A stretch of DNA of 63,585 bases, counting the filler. It is 8 parts of 8 records of this genome, joined end to end, with 100 filler letters (N's around TTAATTAATTAA, not from the genome) between each part and the next. Parts side by side here need not be neighbours in the genome. Positions count along the whole stretch, not along the records: positions 58,532 to 63,585 come from SRR31147125_39713; 7 more parts are not named here. One strand, 5' to 3'. A program made the position numbers and the translations under genes. Positions 61,132 through 63,585 of the stretch are shown piece by piece; position 1 is the first letter of the stretch, and every line of letters begins with the position of its first letter. Under the pieces are notes generated by a model. That model was not told where the DNA came from. It saw only the letters and a program-made list of their open reading frames with translations, and did no database searches.

Positions 61132-62439
61132 TTACTGAATCATATTCAATAGCATTTCAACTCCATATAAAGGAAAATTCACAAAATCATCAGCCTGAAC
61201 CAAGTTCCTTGGCGACAACCGAAAAATAGTTTCAGGATTGTATTTATCTGCATAACTTCTCAGGCTTTTCAGGTTACGGTTTGTTCCGCTTTTCACCTCA
61301 ACCGGATAAATATTTTTATCTGTTTCCAGAACAAAATCTACCTCGGCATCGCTCCTCGAAGTCCAGTAAAATTGCTGCTTTTGCCCGTTGCAAAGTAATT
61401 CCTGCGCTACAAAGTTTTCAATAAAAGCTCCGTTAAACTGGGTAAATAATTCGCTTGGAGAAACAATTAAATCTGATGTGATATTCAGCATTGCAGCTAA
61501 CAAACCCACATCGTGCAAATACACCTTAAACTTCGAATAATCGGTAAAAGCAGAAAGCGGTTTTTTAGGCGTAACCATATTGTAAACCACCGTAATTAAT
61601 CCAGCCTTCCGCAGCCATTCAATAGTTTGCTCGTACATTACCGAGCGCCCGCCTTTTCGAATATCGCCATACTTAAATTTCTTGTTTTCTTTGGCCAACT
61701 GTGCAGGAATTGAATTCCAAAATTCAGAAGTGCGAACTGCCTGATTTTTATCGGCATACTTTGAAAAGTCGCGCTGGTAAGCTTCTAAAATTTCATTTTG
61801 AATTCGCCTGGCCGAAGCAATATCTTTGTTTATAACATAATCGTTCACCACCTCGGGCATACCTCCTAAAAAAAGGTATAGTTTAAACAAATCCGTAAGC
61901 TTATTGTGAATAAACTCTGGAAGCGGTTCCAATACTTCGATATTTTGCAAATGCTCAACCAATAATTCTTCGCCACTTGCCAATAAAAATTCGCTGAACG
62001 ACATGGGGTAAAGCGTCAGAAAATTTACTTTCCCCACAGGAAAACTGTTCTCAATTCCCACACTCACACCCAGCAGTGACCCAGCAGCAATCACAAAAAA
62101 CTCAGGAGCTTGTTCGTAAAAATATTTTAAGCTGGTTAATACCTGTGGCGCAACCTGAATTTCATCGAAAAACAACAGGGTATTTTCTGCTACAATTTTT
62201 CGCCCAAGATATAAACCCAAATTTTTTACAATTATTTCGGGCTTTAATGTTCCCTCAAACAGCGCAATAAGGTTTTCGTCTTGCTCAAAATTTAAATAAA
62301 CAAAATGAGCAAACTCCTTATTTCCAAACTCTTCAACAAGATAAGTTTTGCCCACTTGTCGTGCCCCTTGAAACACCAGAGGTTTCCGTTTTGGGTCGTT
62401 TTTCCACGTTAAAAGCTTATTGTATGCACTTCTCCACAT
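61132..62439 (-). CDS. AAA_14 ATPase with DUF4143 C-terminal PD-(D/E)xK-like domain
   Basis: Walker A GARQVGKT, Walker B LLFFDEIQ, GGMPE, DVGLL and EVDFV..PVEVKS; likely start is MWRSAY at 62439. Confidence 0.9.
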   Translation of the reverse strand: MWRSAYNKLLTWKNDPKRKPLVFQGARQVGKTYLVEEFGNKEFAHFVYLNFEQDENLIALFEGTLKPEIIVKNLGLYLGRKIVAENTLLFFDEIQVAPQVLTSLKYFYEQAPEFFVIAAGSLLGVSVGIENSFPVGKVNFLTLYPMSFSEFLLASGEELLVEHLQNIEVLEPLPEFIHNKLTDLFKLYLFLGGMPEVVNDYVINKDIASARRIQNEILEAYQRDFSKYADKNQAVRTSEFWNSIPAQLAKENKKFKYGDIRKGGRSVMYEQTIEWLRKAGLITVVYNMVTPKKPLSAFTDYSKFKVYLHDVGLLAAMLNITSDLIVSPSELFTQFNGAFIENFVAQELLCNGQKQQFYWTSRSDAEVDFVLETDKNIYPVEVKSGTNRNLKSLRSYADKYNPETIFRLSPRNLVQADDFVNFPLYGVEMLLNMIQ

Positions 62440-62443
62440 AGTA

Positions 62444-62561
62444 TTATCTCCAAAAAAGTGTAACAAACTTACAAATTTATCTCCAAAAAAATGTAGTACA
62501 TAGCAATATTTATCTCCAAAAAAGTGTAACAACCCTCGAAATTTATCTCCAAAAAAATGTA
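62444..62561. repeat. Tandem array: 4 x 19-bp core at an exact 33-bp period
   Basis: TTATCTCCAAAAAARTGTA at 62444, 62477, 62510 and 62543, separated by three different 14-nt spacers. Confidence 0.95.
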
Positions 62562-62804
62562 ATCAACATTAAAAATCTCTTGATTGAATTTAAAAAGCAT
62601 ATCGTTTTTAGGTAAATCTTGTCATACAATAAAATTGGTCTAATTTTCACAAACTGTAAAATGTATACGCCTTTCCTTATTTTATATACATCCATATATT
62701 TAAAATGCTGTATGTTTGTAAAACTTTGATTAGCAAAGCGTGTTTATTACATGAAACAAAACACGAACAAGCCAGTAAAAGATTATTGATAACATTTGAA
62801 AGCA

Positions 62805-63585
62805 ATGGAAGAAAGTAAAAAAATAAACATAAGCCTCTGTAAACTACCTGTAAATACCTCGTTAAGTTTCGAATGGCTTATTAAAGAATTATCTATTATT
62901 GGCACTACCGAAAGTAATCCTATGCAAAAAATGGCGCATGAATTACTGACAAAACTCGATAAAACACCCGAGCTTAGAAATTCAATCTCTGACAATTCGA
63001 TACTTGAAAAACATGCTACGCTTATAAAACAACTGATGGCCTTTATTTTCAGTCCGCTGCACGACGATACTGAAATTTCAGCGGCATTTTCTCCGTTTAC
63101 TGTCGATCCGATTTACGCTACCGGTCTTTACAACAAAACCATTGCTCCCGACCACCGCAAATTAGAACTGGCAGAAAAAATAGAACAGCACCAAGTAGAA
63201 GCCTATATGATGTACCAGGCTTACCTATTTATTTTCGACAAATTATATAACGTTCGCATCAGCGACGACCTTCCCTTCACTTTTAAACTGATTGACGAGA
63301 AAGATAGTTCGGTAAAATTTTTCAAAAAAAGGTTTAACACAAAATACCTAAATATAAAGCTACCCAAAAATGCAAAATTGCTTTCGCCCGAAGATATTAA
63401 AGAGCTATTCGACAATGCCGATAATCTTGAATTTTGGCAAAAGAAAATCCCTCTCAACGAGTTTGAATTCTCCGGGTTTGTGCAGTTTTCATATATCGAT
63501 GTAACACACGATTATGTGATTTCGCAAATGAAGTCGGATTTGTTAGATAAGTCTACAATAGTTACTCAGGCTGGATTTGAGAAAA
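62805..63585 (+). CDS. Large Bacteroidota-type conserved protein (N-terminus resembles GAF-domain-containing proteins), 3' truncated
   Basis: Open from ATG 62805 (MEESKKINISLCKLPVNTSLSF...) with no stop seen before the window end; family call from recall only. Confidence 0.6.
   Translation, partial: MEESKKINISLCKLPVNTSLSFEWLIKELSIIGTTESNPMQKMAHELLTKLDKTPELRNSISDNSILEKHATLIKQLMAFIFSPLHDDTEISAAFSPFTVDPIYATGLYNKTIAPDHRKLELAEKIEQHQVEAYMMYQAYLFIFDKLYNVRISDDLPFTFKLIDEKDSSVKFFKKRFNTKYLNIKLPKNAKLLSPEDIKELFDNADNLEFWQKKIPLNEFEFSGFVQFSYIDVTHDYVISQMKSDLLDKSTIVTQAGFEK

Noticed and set aside
62444..62561. CRISPR array interpretation of the 33-bp repeats
   Set aside because: The 19-bp non-palindromic cores and 14-nt spacers are too short for CRISPR, and no cas gene is present. 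Kept as an operator-like array instead.

Overview
This window is not one locus. It is eight unrelated contigs joined by 100-nt artificial spacers (N44-TTAATTAATTAA-N44), probably from an anaerobic metagenome. Taxonomic labels below are inferred from composition and gene style only. (1) 1-12978, GC-rich, Desulfobacterota-like: htpX, a Crp/Fnr-TRAP-gldA module and a hexuronate/aldonate cluster (eda, kdgK, Zn-dehydrogenase, AllD/YjmC-like, uxuB-like, uxaA), with several palindromic REP/MITE-like elements. (2) 13079-24009: TRAP transporter, two URO-D-fold proteins, ulaD/ulaE/FGGY kinase/araD and a DeoR regulator. (3) 24110-29460: NrpR, sulfatase and GH4. (4) 29561-37193, low-GC Mollicutes-like (code 11): degV, marR, ROK kinase, a catalytically degenerate PTS Enzyme I homologue and the start of the S10 operon. 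(5) 37294-43338 and (6) 43439-53190, Spirochaetota-like: mnmA, GH3, era, sugar ABC systems, a membrane-anchored AraC and a URO-D protein. (7) 53291-58431, Desulfobacterales-like: rlmN, REC-PilZ, amidohydrolase, AcsE-like protein and cyclophilin. (8) 58532-63585, Bacteroidota-like: a PNGase-F-related protein, a cyclase remnant and a cassette of a 4 x 33-bp array, an AAA/DUF4143 ATPase-nuclease and an Mrr-like nuclease. Single-base indels, mostly in homopolymer runs, occur in seven of the eight contigs, including in essential genes, so split ORFs are most likely sequencing errors. Best candidates for new biology: the array-ATPase-nuclease cassette, the pseudo-Enzyme I, and URO-D-fold proteins inside sugar-catabolic operons. 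No CRISPR array, rRNA, tRNA or transposase was recognised.
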